Assembly (NCBI GenBank): GCA_038231455.1 | Contig: JBBRLI010000003.1 | Location: 32,001-96,000 of the forward strand | DNA length: 64,000 nt | Direction: 5' to 3' | Source of the DNA: Vulcanimicrobiales bacterium | GTDB taxonomy: Bacteria > Vulcanimicrobiota > Vulcanimicrobiia > Vulcanimicrobiales > Vulcanimicrobiaceae | Part shown: positions 30,998 to 40,693 of the stretch, one piece after another | Numbering within the stretch: position 1 is the stretch's first letter | Layout of the letters: every line of letters begins with the position of its first letter | Notes under the pieces: model-generated | What the model was told of the DNA's origin: nothing | What the model saw: only the letters and a program-made list of their open reading frames with translations | Database searches by the model: none | Made by a program: the position numbers and the translations under genes

Positions 30998-31189
30998 TCA
31001 AAGCGTGCCACGTTAGTCCCGAACGCGGTGTCAAACGAGTAGAAACAGAAGCAAACTTCCACAGTAGTCGGTCGGTGTGACCTGCACCCTCGTGTTCCGG
31101 ACCCCTCAGCGGGGTATTGTGAACATCCACCCAGGTGGGCGTCCCCACACAAACGCCCCATCTACCCCGAGGCCAGCAAAATTACGTTT

Positions 31190-33112
31190 ATGGGCAAGCA
31201 TCTCAAGTCGATCCTGATCGTTCTCGGCATCTTCATCCTGGTGATCTTCGTTGTCGACAAGCTCGTCTTGACGCAACCGAACTCCACGAAGATTTCGTAT
31301 AGCGCCTTCCTTGGTAAAGTGACCGACGATCAAGTCAAAAAGGTCACGATCGCCGGGACGGAAGTAGCGGGCGAATATGTCGGCACAACCGCCGATAAGT
31401 TCACCACGACCCTGCCGGCGAACGATCATCAGGCGATCGACCTCATGGAGAAGCATAAGGTCGACATCACGAACGAAAGCGGCGGGTCGACGCCGCTCTT
31501 CGGCTGGCTCGTCCAGCTCGTGCCGTTCATTTTGATGGCCCTGCTGCTCGTCTTCATTTTGCGCCAAGCGCAGAGCGGCGGCAGCCAGGCGCTCTCGTTT
31601 GGCCGCTCGCGGGCCAAGTTGCTCTCGGAGAACCGTCCGAAAGTGACCTTCGCCGATGTTGCCGGTGTCGAGGAAGCAAAAGAAGAGCTGGGCGAAGTTG
31701 TCGAATTCCTGAAATACCCGAAGAAATTTCAGGCGCTCGGCGCGCGTATCCCCAAAGGCGTTCTGCTCTTGGGCCCGCCGGGATCCGGTAAAACGCTCCT
31801 CGCTCGCGCGATCGCGGGCGAAGCCGGCGTGCCGTTCTTCTCGATATCGGGTTCGGACTTCGTGGAAATGTTCGTCGGCGTCGGCGCATCGCGCGTCCGC
31901 GACCTCTTCGAACAGGCGAAGAAATCAGCGCCTTGCATCGTGTTTATCGACGAAATCGACGCGGTCGGCCGCCAGCGCGGTGCGGGCCTCGGCGGCGGTC
32001 ACGACGAGCGCGAACAGACGCTCAACCAGCTGCTCGTCGAGATGGACGGATTCGATCAGAATACCGGCGTCATCTTGATCGCCGCGACCAACCGTCCCGA
32101 TGTGCTCGATCCCGCGCTCTTACGCCCCGGCCGCTTTGACCGACAGATCGTCGTCGACCGCGCAGATGTCAAAGGCCGCTCGGCGATTCTCGCCGTGCAT
32201 TCCAAGAACAAGCCGCTCTCCAAAGACATCTCACTCGACGTCCTTGCGAAACGCACGCCGGGATTCTCGGGTGCGGACCTTGAGAACTTGCTCAACGAAG
32301 CCGCGCTTCTTGCCGCGCGACGCAACAAGTCGGTCATCGAGATGAACGATTGCGAAGAAGCGATCGACCGCGTCGTTGCAGGGCCCGAACGTCGCTCGCT
32401 TGTGATGTCGCAAAAAGAAAAAGAAAATACGGCCTATCACGAATCGGGTCACGCGATCGTCGGAGGCATGTTGCCCAACGCCGATCCGGTTCACAAGGTC
32501 ACGATTATTCCGCGCGGTATGGCGCTCGGTATTACGTGGTCGATGCCCGATGAAGATCGCCACAGCCGCACCAAGAACGAATTGCTCGCACAGATCACGA
32601 TGGCGCTCTCCGGTCGCATCGCCGAAGAGATCCAGTTCCAAGACGTGACCACGGGCGCTTCGAACGACTTCGAAAAAGCGACCGAACTGGCGCGCCGCAT
32701 GGTGACGCAGTACGGCATGTCCGAGTCCCTCGGACCGATTCAATACGGACGCGGAAGCCATCAGGTGTTTCTCGGCCGCGACATCGGCGAAGATCGCAAC
32801 TACTCCGAGGAAATCGCCTCAAAGATCGACGCCGAAGTGCGCCGCATCATCGAAGAGTGCTACGGCGACGCCAAAGCTATCCTAACCTCGAATTGGGATA
32901 AGGTCGAACGCATGGTCGCAGCGCTCCTCGAACACGAGACGGTCGACACCGAAGAAGTCGGCGCGATCATCAACAATCGCCCGTATCCGGTTCCCAAGGA
33001 CGACGTCAAACCGGATTTGCCGGCGGCCGCCAGCATCGTGCACGAACCCGAAGCTTCGCGCGTCGAGAAACCCAAACGGCTTCCGCCCACCATCACGCCC
33101 GAGCCCGCCTAG
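31190..33112 (+). CDS. ftsH: ATP-dependent zinc metalloprotease FtsH
   Basis: Two TM segments, [26 protein letters not shown]. Confidence 0.98.
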   Translation: MGKHLKSILIVLGIFILVIFVVDKLVLTQPNSTKISYSAFLGKVTDDQVKKVTIAGTEVAGEYVGTTADKFTTTLPANDHQAIDLMEKHKVDITNESGGSTPLFGWLVQLVPFILMALLLVFILRQAQSGGSQALSFGRSRAKLLSENRPKVTFADVAGVEEAKEELGEVVEFLKYPKKFQALGARIPKGVLLLGPPGSGKTLLARAIAGEAGVPFFSISGSDFVEMFVGVGASRVRDLFEQAKKSAPCIVFIDEIDAVGRQRGAGLGGGHDEREQTLNQLLVEMDGFDQNTGVILIAATNRPDVLDPALLRPGRFDRQIVVDRADVKGRSAILAVHSKNKPLSKDISLDVLAKRTPGFSGADLENLLNEAALLAARRNKSVIEMNDCEEAIDRVVAGPERRSLVMSQKEKENTAYHESGHAIVGGMLPNADPVHKVTIIPRGMALGITWSMPDEDRHSRTKNELLAQITMALSGRIAEEIQFQDVTTGASNDFEKATELARRMVTQYGMSESLGPIQYGRGSHQVFLGRDIGEDRNYSEEIASKIDAEVRRIIEECYGDAKAILTSNWDKVERMVAALLEHETVDTEEVGAIINNRPYPVPKDDVKPDLPAAASIVHEPEASRVEKPKRLPPTITPEPA

Positions 33113-34437
33113 TGCTCTTGCGGATCACCAGGGTCGCGCTCGGCGCGGCCCTTTTTCTTTCATCGGGCCTCGGCGCCGTCGCGACCGAGCCGAACGGCGC
33201 CCAGCTCGAAGCCGGGCGACTCGGCCCACTCACCGGAAAATTGCCCGCCGGCGGCACGTACGTGGTGAGTCCGGCTCCAGCCCTACCGGTCGCGGCGATT
33301 GCGCTCTGGTTCCGCGCGCCGCAAACGGGCTTTGGGGCCACGGCGACCCCGGGCATCGCCAAGATCGCGGCGAGCGCGGTGACGGCTTCCATCCCAATCA
33401 CCGGATCAACGCTCGGGCAGCTGGTGAATCGCGCCGGCGGCCGAATCGGGATTGCGACGTACCCCAATAGCGTTTCGGTATCCGCCATCGTCCCTGCGGC
33501 GGCGGCGGCGCAGATCGTGCGCGCGATGACCGCGTCGTTCTTCACGCCCGTAGTCACGCAGGCGGGCTTGAAAATCGCGCAACGCGACGTATCGAACGAA
33601 GCGCGGATCCATCTCTTCGCGGTCGACGATCAGCTCCAGGATGCGCTGCAAGCGCAACTTTTCAGCGCCGGCCCCGCAAAGTATCCGGCGCTGCCTACGG
33701 CTACGGCCGTCGGCGACTTTACGCTCGAGGCGGTTAAGGCGTTTGCGACGCGCGCGTTTCGTCCGCAAAATGCCGTGCTCGTCGTGACGGGTGCCATCGA
33801 TGCGCACATCGTCGATGCCGCTGTCCCCGGACGCACCGAAGGCGCAGTGCAAGAGCCGGCGCTAACCGAAACGCTTGCAGCTACGCCCGGTCCGTTCGAG
33901 CAAGCGGCGAGTTCGGCGGGCTACGGGTATGCCTGGAGCGGTCCCGCGATCAGCGCCGACCGCGAGGCAACGGCACTTGATTTCGTGGCGGATTATCTGT
34001 TCCGGCCCGATACCGGCACGCTCGCGCGCAAATTCGCGAGCGGCCCCGCGTCGGTCAACGGAAAGTTCGTCACCTATCACGACCCCGGTGTGTTTCTCGT
34101 CACGCTGAGCGGCGGCGATATGAACGCGACGCGCGCCATCGTGAGCGACGCCATTCTCGCGCTGAAGAAGCCGCTCGATGCGTCGGCTTTCGCACGTGCT
34201 CGCGATGCGTTCGTCTATCATATACGCAGCGATCTGCAAACGCCCTCGGAACTCGCCGACACCTTTGGTTGGTACGCGGTCGAAGGCAATCCGGATTACG
34301 CTCCCGGTGCGGGCGGCTTCAACGGTACGTACTTTCGCGACGCGCGCGAACTTACGCCCGATTTCGTTGCAGCGACCGTGAGCAAGTATTTAGGCGCGAT
34401 CTCTGCGACCGTTACGTTCAGTCGGAAGAAGCCATGA
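33112..34437 (+). CDS. M16 peptidase-like exported protein lacking HXXEH
   Basis: M16 patterns (ALWFRAP, FRPQNAVLVVTG); PGIAKIAAS where GxAHxxEH is expected. Confidence 0.65.
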   Translation: MLLRITRVALGAALFLSSGLGAVATEPNGAQLEAGRLGPLTGKLPAGGTYVVSPAPALPVAAIALWFRAPQTGFGATATPGIAKIAASAVTASIPITGSTLGQLVNRAGGRIGIATYPNSVSVSAIVPAAAAAQIVRAMTASFFTPVVTQAGLKIAQRDVSNEARIHLFAVDDQLQDALQAQLFSAGPAKYPALPTATAVGDFTLEAVKAFATRAFRPQNAVLVVTGAIDAHIVDAAVPGRTEGAVQEPALTETLAATPGPFEQAASSAGYGYAWSGPAISADREATALDFVADYLFRPDTGTLARKFASGPASVNGKFVTYHDPGVFLVTLSGGDMNATRAIVSDAILALKKPLDASAFARARDAFVYHIRSDLQTPSELADTFGWYAVEGNPDYAPGAGGFNGTYFRDARELTPDFVAATVSKYLGAISATVTFSRKKP

Positions 34438-35744
34438 TGCGATTCCTTACCACTGCCGCACTCGTGCTCGCCGGGACGACGGCGCTTGCAAGCCCACTGT
34501 ACCCGACGACGCGCACGATCGATCTTGGCGCCGCGAAACTCTATAGCCAGTACGACGATGCCGTCAGCGTCGCGGGCGTGCAAGTGTTCGTACCCGCAGG
34601 ACTCGAGCGGCAGACGACCGCTCAGAACGGGATCGCCGCGCTCACAGCGCAGAGCGTGCTGCAACTTCCCGTCGACGGCGTCCCGCTTCGCGATGCGATC
34701 GCCGCGCGTGGAGGGTCGCTCACGTATGCAATCGGCATGCAGTACACGCGCTTTTATCTTGAAGCGAGTGCCGATGTGCTACCGGACGTCCTGGCACTCG
34801 TCGGAAAAGCACTCTCGATGCCGACATTCACCAATGCCGCCGTCGCGCCCGCGCGGGCGGAACTGCTCGGCCGGATCGCCGACGACGCGCGAAATCCCGT
34901 TTCCGTCGGCATCGACATGCTGCGCTCGTCGTACTACATCGGGAGCGCGAACTTGCCGACGTACGGCAATGCGGGTAACGTTGCCAACCTCACCTCGGCC
35001 GACGTCGCGGCGTTTTACGCCGCGAACTATCGTCGCACGGGAACGGTCGTCTCCGCGGTCGGCGCGCTCGGCGATGCGATAACGAATGGCACCTCGGCGA
35101 TCGTCGCTGCGTTGCCCGATGGTCCGACTCCCGCCCTCACGATCAAAACGAAGCCGCTTGCGGCGGCGCCGCGCCGCATCGTTGCACACCGCGATTTCGG
35201 CGTGCCGTGGCTCGTGCTCGGGTTTGCAGCGCCGTCGGCGGGAGATCGTGATTTTGGCGCGATGCTCGTGTTGCAAGCACTGATCGGTGACGTTTTTGAC
35301 CGTGGCTCGGCGACGACGATCCCGGCGCTCGAACGGCCGATCGGTTCGGTCTACTCGTACGATTCCAAACCCGCCACCATCTCGCTCTACATCAACGGCG
35401 CTCAGATCGATCCATCGATCGGCTTGCGCGGCGTCGATGCCATCCTCAAATCGCTCGCACAGAAGCCGCTGAACAAGACGATCGTCGCGCGCTATAAAGC
35501 AACGGCGCGTGGAGCGTTTCTCACCGATGCAATCACCCTGGACGATCGCAGCTGGCGGATCGGTAATTTCGTCGAACATGGCCTGAGCCCGGATTATGCC
35601 GAGGCAGCACTGGCAGCGCTTGCGATGACGACGCCCGGCGACGTGCAGCGCATTGCGAAAACCTACATGCAGCGCTACACGATCGCGGTGATTCTGCCGC
35701 GCGAGGCGGCGCCTGCCGCAGCCAAGCCGGCCGCCTCGCGCTGA
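34434..35744 (+). CDS. M16 peptidase-like exported protein lacking HXXEH
   Basis: NGIAALTAQ, DVAAFYAANY, DVQRIAKTY. Confidence 0.7.
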   Translation: MMRFLTTAALVLAGTTALASPLYPTTRTIDLGAAKLYSQYDDAVSVAGVQVFVPAGLERQTTAQNGIAALTAQSVLQLPVDGVPLRDAIAARGGSLTYAIGMQYTRFYLEASADVLPDVLALVGKALSMPTFTNAAVAPARAELLGRIADDARNPVSVGIDMLRSSYYIGSANLPTYGNAGNVANLTSADVAAFYAANYRRTGTVVSAVGALGDAITNGTSAIVAALPDGPTPALTIKTKPLAAAPRRIVAHRDFGVPWLVLGFAAPSAGDRDFGAMLVLQALIGDVFDRGSATTIPALERPIGSVYSYDSKPATISLYINGAQIDPSIGLRGVDAILKSLAQKPLNKTIVARYKATARGAFLTDAITLDDRSWRIGNFVEHGLSPDYAEAALAALAMTTPGDVQRIAKTYMQRYTIAVILPREAAPAAAKPAASR

Positions 35745-36820
35745 ACGTCGCGCTCGTTCACGACTACCTCAACCAGCGCGGCGGTGCGGAGCGTGTTTTT
35801 ACGCGCATCGCCGCGGCGTATCCGGACGCGCCGATCTATACCTCGCTCTTCGATTCCCGTTTGCTCGGCGATTGGTTCGACCCAGCGCGCGTCCACACGT
35901 CGTTTTTGCAGCGATTTCCCGCGGCAAATCGGTATTTTCGAGCGCTCGCTCCGCTCTATCCGCGCGCCTTTGAAGCCTTCGATTTGCGCGCCTACGATAC
36001 GATCGTGAGCTCGACGACCGCGTGGGCCAAAGGGGTCATCGTTCGGCCCGGCGCGCTGCATGTGTGTTACATCAATACCGTCAGCCGCTTTGCGTTCGAC
36101 TACGAACGCTACGTTGGGGGCTTCGGCATCGGCGCGGTCGCGCGTCCGATGATCGACGGCCTCGTGCGTTGGGACAAGCGCGCTGCCGCGCGACCGACAC
36201 TCTTCGTTGCAAACTCAAACAACGTCGCGGCGCGCGTGCGCGAATATTACGGCCGCGATTCGCGCGTGCTGCCTTGTCCCGTGGATGTCGATCGCTTCAC
36301 CGTGGGTGCCGGCGATGGTGACTACGCAATCGTGATCTCCCGACTCTTACCGTATAAAAAAATCGACCGCGCAATTGCGGGTGCGGCGCTGGCGGGAATC
36401 CCGCTGCGCGTGCTTGGTACGGGTCCGGCAGAAGCATCGCTACGCGAACTTGCGCGCGGAACGCAAACGACGTTCTACGGCTATCTGAGCGACGCCGAGC
36501 GCAATGCGATGCTCGGCGCCGCGCGCTTTGCGATTCTGCCGGGTGAAGAAGATTTCGGACTCGTGCCGCTCGAGGCCGCAGCGGCGGGGCGACCGACGGT
36601 TGCGTTCGGCCGCGGCGGGGCGCTCGAGACGATCGTTAGCGGCGTAACCGGAACGTTCTTTGCCGAACCCACCGCGGAGTCGCTTGCGGCGGTTTTGAGC
36701 GCGTTCGATCCAGCGGCGTACGATCCCCAGACGCTACGGGCGCACGCGCAAACATTTGCGCCGGACCGCTTTATCGAACGCTTACGCGCGATCGTCAGCG
36801 AGGCGCGCGAGCTCGTCTAG
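35741..36820 (+). CDS. GT4 glycosyltransferase; predicted CTG start
   Basis: Conserved N-terminus NVALVHDYLNQRGGAERV lies upstream of the first TTG (35861); EEDFGLVPLEA signature. Confidence 0.85.
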   Translation: MNVALVHDYLNQRGGAERVFTRIAAAYPDAPIYTSLFDSRLLGDWFDPARVHTSFLQRFPAANRYFRALAPLYPRAFEAFDLRAYDTIVSSTTAWAKGVIVRPGALHVCYINTVSRFAFDYERYVGGFGIGAVARPMIDGLVRWDKRAAARPTLFVANSNNVAARVREYYGRDSRVLPCPVDVDRFTVGAGDGDYAIVISRLLPYKKIDRAIAGAALAGIPLRVLGTGPAEASLRELARGTQTTFYGYLSDAERNAMLGAARFAILPGEEDFGLVPLEAAAAGRPTVAFGRGGALETIVSGVTGTFFAEPTAESLAAVLSAFDPAAYDPQTLRAHAQTFAPDRFIERLRAIVSEARELV

Positions 36821-37816
36821 GGTCGCAAGCGCCGCGCCATCTCGCGTGGAAAACCCCCATCGGTGCTCGCTTTTTGCGGCTAGCCACGAGCGCAGCGGCT
36901 CGTCTCGAACGACCGATCGTAACGCCGATGCCCACGCCGTGCGATCGGTCGGGTCGACGAGCAAACCCGCATCGCCGACGGCTTCCGGGAGGGCCGTCGT
37001 GTTCGCTGCGACCACGGCGGCGCCGCACGCCTGTGCCTCGACCGCAACGAGCCCGAAACCCTCGGCAAGCGATGGAATCGCAACCGCCGTCGCCGTGCGA
37101 TAGAGCGTCCGCAGTTCGCTATCCGTCGGTGCGATGCGCACGAGCGGCACGCGTTTGCGTTTGGCGCGCTTCTCCGCGCGCGGGTCGAGTGCACCCGCGA
37201 TGACGAGTCGCACGTCGCGTTTTGGAAACGCGCGGGCAAACGCATCGATCAACAATGGCGCGTTCTTGCGCTTTTCACCCATCCCGACTGCTAGCACGAA
37301 TGGCGGTTCGACCGGCGCGTCTTCGTAACCGGGAAAGAAGAATCGGTTTGGCGCGTGCGGGATAGCGACCACGCGCTGCGGATCGACGCGGAAGAATTCG
37401 ATGACGCGCTCGCGCGTGTACCCGGAATTTGTCGCGATGCGCGTCGCAACGCGCGCGGCCTTGCGAATGGGGCCTTGCTCGCGCCTGCGCCCGATGAATC
37501 CGCGCGCGGGATATTCGAATGCGAAGAGATCGTGGATCGTGACGAGGGTGGGCGCGCGGCTCGGGAAACGGACGCCGTTCCAGGGATACCAGACCACATC
37601 GTAACGGTTGCGACGCTTTGCGCTTGCAAGATCCGCCAGTGCGAAACGGTCGGATGCGAGTATGTCGCGATAGGCTTGCGTGCGCTCGCGCCGGACCAGC
37701 AGCGTGAGGGCGATATCATCGCGCTCGAGTGCCTGGGTAAGCACGGAGAGCGCGAAACGGCCCATACCGCGCCGGTCCGCGAGTAGATTGATGGCATCGA
37801 CGGCGAGGCGGATCAC
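36782..37816 (-). CDS. GT4 glycosyltransferase (MtfB/WbpY-like)
   Basis: TIHDL, RKN, PSLAEGFGLVAVEA. Confidence 0.9.
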   Translation of the reverse strand: MIRLAVDAINLLADRRGMGRFALSVLTQALERDDIALTLLVRRERTQAYRDILASDRFALADLASAKRRNRYDVVWYPWNGVRFPSRAPTLVTIHDLFAFEYPARGFIGRRREQGPIRKAARVATRIATNSGYTRERVIEFFRVDPQRVVAIPHAPNRFFFPGYEDAPVEPPFVLAVGMGEKRKNAPLLIDAFARAFPKRDVRLVIAGALDPRAEKRAKRKRVPLVRIAPTDSELRTLYRTATAVAIPSLAEGFGLVAVEAQACGAAVVAANTTALPEAVGDAGLLVDPTDRTAWASALRSVVRDEPLRSWLAAKSEHRWGFSTRDGAALATLDELARLADDRA

Positions 37817-38535
37817 GGATGTTTCGTAGCGGCGGTCGCAAGATAGAGCGAGAGGCTCAAGAAATTGAACGTTCCGTGGGTGAGCATCGATGTCACAAGC
37901 GATCCCGTTTGATAGTAAATCCTTGCAAGAATCACGCCGGTCACCGCAAGCGGTAAGAAGCTCGTCGGATCTTCAAAGTGGGCGGCAGCGAAGATGAGAC
38001 CGCTGATAACGATTGCGCCCCAAACCGGTACGTAGCGCAGCACCGCGTTGAAGAGAAAACCGCGAAACATGAGTTCTTCGACGACCGGCCCGTAGATGAC
38101 GGCCACGAGTGCCGTCGTGATCAACCAGCCGCGCGGTTCGGTTTTGCTAAAAAAGCTGATGACGTTTTCGTGAACGTTGAAATGAAATAGGGACTGTTCG
38201 ATCGCACCGACCACCGCCGTCGACGCCAACATCACGATCGCGCCGATTAGCGCGTAGCCGAGATCGCGAAATCGAATCGGGTGCAGACCGAGTTCGCCGA
38301 GCGTTCTGTTGGCAATGCGCGGCAGCGCGAAAAGCAGCAGCACGACTAGCGGCAATTCGATGAATACCGTTGCAATGAACGTCCACTCCGACGGCGCGGT
38401 TTTCGTCCCAAGCGGAAGATGGAGCGCACGGAAGACCGTCCCGACCCCGAAACCGGCGATCAAAAATGTCGCGACCACCGCCGCGAGAAGCGCGAGCGAC
38501 CGGGTAATGGAAAAGCTGCTAGCCGGCCAATTCGT
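37813..38535 (-). CDS. CPBP (CAAX/Abi) intramembrane metalloprotease; start uncertain
   Basis: EELMFRG, FAAAH and HGTFN motifs; candidate starts ACG 38535, ATT 38508 or TTG 38463. Confidence 0.8.
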   Translation of the reverse strand, partial: TNWPASSFSITRSLALLAAVVATFLIAGFGVGTVFRALHLPLGTKTAPSEWTFIATVFIELPLVVLLLFALPRIANRTLGELGLHPIRFRDLGYALIGAIVMLASTAVVGAIEQSLFHFNVHENVISFFSKTEPRGWLITTALVAVIYGPVVEELMFRGFLFNAVLRYVPVWGAIVISGLIFAAAHFEDPTSFLPLAVTGVILARIYYQTGSLVTSMLTHGTFNFLSLSLYLATAATKHP

Positions 38536-39343
38536 CGGCGAGAGCGGCGAAGGTGGCGAGGTCGAGGTTTTCCCCACGGATCTCCGGATCGATAGCGAGT
38601 GATGTAAGTGCGGCGACGGTGCGCTCGCGTGGAATGGCGAGCGCCAAGAGTAACGAGTTCGCCAGTGTCTTGCGGCGGTACGCGAATGCGGCGCGCACGA
38701 CCTCTTCAAAATACTTTGGATCGCGCGTCGCTACGGGCGGCGTTTCGTGTCGATGCAGCACGACGACCGCTGAGACGACACCGGGGCGCGGGTAGAACTG
38801 CGAGGGCGACACGACGAGTGCGCGTTCCACACGCGCGCGGTAGTTGACGGCAACCGAAAGGCTGCCGTAGGCGGCTGTCCCCGCTTTTGCGGTGAGGCGA
38901 TCGGCGACGTCGCGCTGGATCATCGCGATCACGCGCTCAGGCGGATGTTCGAGTGCGAGCAGTTTGAGCATCAATGGCGTTGCGATGTTGTACGGCAAAT
39001 TGCCGGCGGCGATCCACGGTCCGCGCGCACCGAACGATTCGTAGTCGTACGCGAGCGCGTCGCCTTCATCGATCCTCACGCGCGCGAGATCCTCGCGCGA
39101 ACGTAAGATTGCTACCATCTCGGGATCGACGTCGAACGCCGTTACATCGGCGCCCGTACGTTCGAGTGCAATCGTGAGCGCCCCGGTCCCGGCACCGATT
39201 TCCAAGACCCGTTCGTCACCTCGGGGCGCGGCAAGTTTAGCGATCTTCGTGGAGACCGCTCCATCCATGAGAAAATTTTGTCCGAGACGTTTCTTCGGCC
39301 GGAGGCCCGCTGCGTTGAGCAGCGCGCGCGGATGACTATCTAT
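38519..39343 (-). CDS. rsmA: 16S rRNA adenine dimethyltransferase; predicted ATA start
   Basis: PKKRLGQNFL lies upstream of the ATG at 39268; EIGAGTG, GNLPYNI, RRKTL. Confidence 0.95.
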   Translation of the reverse strand: MDSHPRALLNAAGLRPKKRLGQNFLMDGAVSTKIAKLAAPRGDERVLEIGAGTGALTIALERTGADVTAFDVDPEMVAILRSREDLARVRIDEGDALAYDYESFGARGPWIAAGNLPYNIATPLMLKLLALEHPPERVIAMIQRDVADRLTAKAGTAAYGSLSVAVNYRARVERALVVSPSQFYPRPGVVSAVVVLHRHETPPVATRDPKYFEEVVRAAFAYRRKTLANSLLLALAIPRERTVAALTSLAIDPEIRGENLDLATFAALADELAG

Positions 39344-40452
39344 TTGAGAACGTACACACGAATCGCGCGGCGCCCAAAGACGATCGCGTCGCTATTAGAT
39401 TCGAAGCCGAGGTCGATGCGGTTGCCGATGATCGCGCCGCCCGTGTCGCCGGCGATCGCGTGTCCGTAACCCGGAATATAGAGGTGCGAGCCGAGGCGAA
39501 TAACGTGCGGATCGACGGCGACGATGCCGTGTCCGGCGCGCATGCCCAGCGCCGCGCGCCCGCTGCAACCGTAGCAATTCGCCGTATACGCGGTTGCGAC
39601 CATCGAGAGTGCGGCGGTTGCCAGACGAATCGTTCCGTCCATACCGCGTTTTGCAATCGACGAGCTCGATTCGAATTCGCTAATGCCTTCGGCTACAACG
39701 CTTTCGCGCGCCGGGCGCACGATGCGCGAGGCAACGATACGTTTGTGCGGTTGCGCGGCATCGGCATCTTGCGCGAACGCATACGTCACTTCGCGCACAC
39801 CGGGAACGCCAGCTTTGATGACCTTATGTTGACCGGGTCGAATTCCAAATGCATAAACGAGTTTGGTCGTCGGCGCGAGCACCAGGCGCACGCGCTCTTG
39901 CCATGCAAGGCGACGCGTTACACGAATGAGAGCATCCTGTGCAAATGCCGTGTCGCGTGTCGGAAAAACTTTGTCGCGTGTGGAGAGCTTCACGCCCGCC
40001 TCGTCGAGAACTTCGCCAACCGTACGCGCAGCGGTACGAATCGTGCGACGTTCGTCATCGACGATGAGCGTCACCGGAACGGCTGCGCGGAACTCGACGG
40101 TCGCGCCATCACTCAGGAAGGAGGCAGCATCCGGAGTGAGGCGATCTTCGAGCGCCGGTGCGATTCCACGTTCGATCAAGAGATCGGCGATGGTCGCGGC
40201 GCGCGTTTCGACGGTAGTCGTCACGCCGTTTTCGATGAGCGTAATACGTTTTTGCTGCCGTGAGTCGTCGGCCGCTGCAGGGGCCGAGGCCACGCTTGCA
40301 ACGACCGTGTGTGCGAGAGCCGCACTGCGATCGGCAAAAAACGTGCCAGCGCCAAATGGAATGAGAAGGCCGAGTGAGAGAACGCCGGTTGCCGCAAACG
40401 GCTTACGTGAGTCGCGTCCGATAACCCAACTCCTTTCTTGACGGAACGGCAT
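39340..40452 (-). CDS. YabE/RpfB-like cell-wall protein (DUF348 repeats + G5 + 3D)
   Basis: Ubiquitin-like repeats, G5 (GVPGVRE), 3D motif ATAY...AVDPHVIRLG...DTGGAIIGNRID; precedes rsmA as yabE/rpfB do. Start ATG 40452 or ATC 40422. Confidence 0.85.
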   Translation of the reverse strand: MPFRQERSWVIGRDSRKPFAATGVLSLGLLIPFGAGTFFADRSAALAHTVVASVASAPAAADDSRQQKRITLIENGVTTTVETRAATIADLLIERGIAPALEDRLTPDAASFLSDGATVEFRAAVPVTLIVDDERRTIRTAARTVGEVLDEAGVKLSTRDKVFPTRDTAFAQDALIRVTRRLAWQERVRLVLAPTTKLVYAFGIRPGQHKVIKAGVPGVREVTYAFAQDADAAQPHKRIVASRIVRPARESVVAEGISEFESSSSIAKRGMDGTIRLATAALSMVATAYTANCYGCSGRAALGMRAGHGIVAVDPHVIRLGSHLYIPGYGHAIAGDTGGAIIGNRIDLGFESNSDAIVFGRRAIRVYVLK

Positions 40453-40523
40453 GTCGTACAGCGCGATATGCATGGCAGATCGTGTATGCGACTGACGTTC
40501 GCTAGAGGTGGTTGTGCAAGCTT

Positions 40524-40619
40524 CCTGACCAGGCAGCTCACGGGTGGACTCGCGGCACGGATGCAAGGCGAATCCGGTGGATAGAGTAGCCCACCACGCA
40601 GCTTTCGGCCGGGCGGGAC
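40524..40619 (-). ncRNA. Candidate structured 5' leader RNA (possible c-di-AMP riboswitch variant)
   Basis: Nested pairings CCCGGCC/GGTCAGG, AGCT/AGCT, GGTGGGCT/AGTCCACC, CGGAT/ATCCG directly after a sigma70-like promoter. Confidence 0.4.
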
Positions 40620-40625
40620 TGGGTG

Positions 40626-40655
40626 ACGATAGCACAGCCAAGTGATCCGCGTCAA
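40626..40655 (-). promoter_or_regulatory. Sigma70-like promoter for the yabE-like/rsmA operon
   Basis: TTGACG-18 nt-TATCGT with an extended -10 TG. Confidence 0.55.
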
Positions 40656-40693
40656 ATTCTTGTGCCGCATAGGCCCGAAAGTCCTAACCGCCA

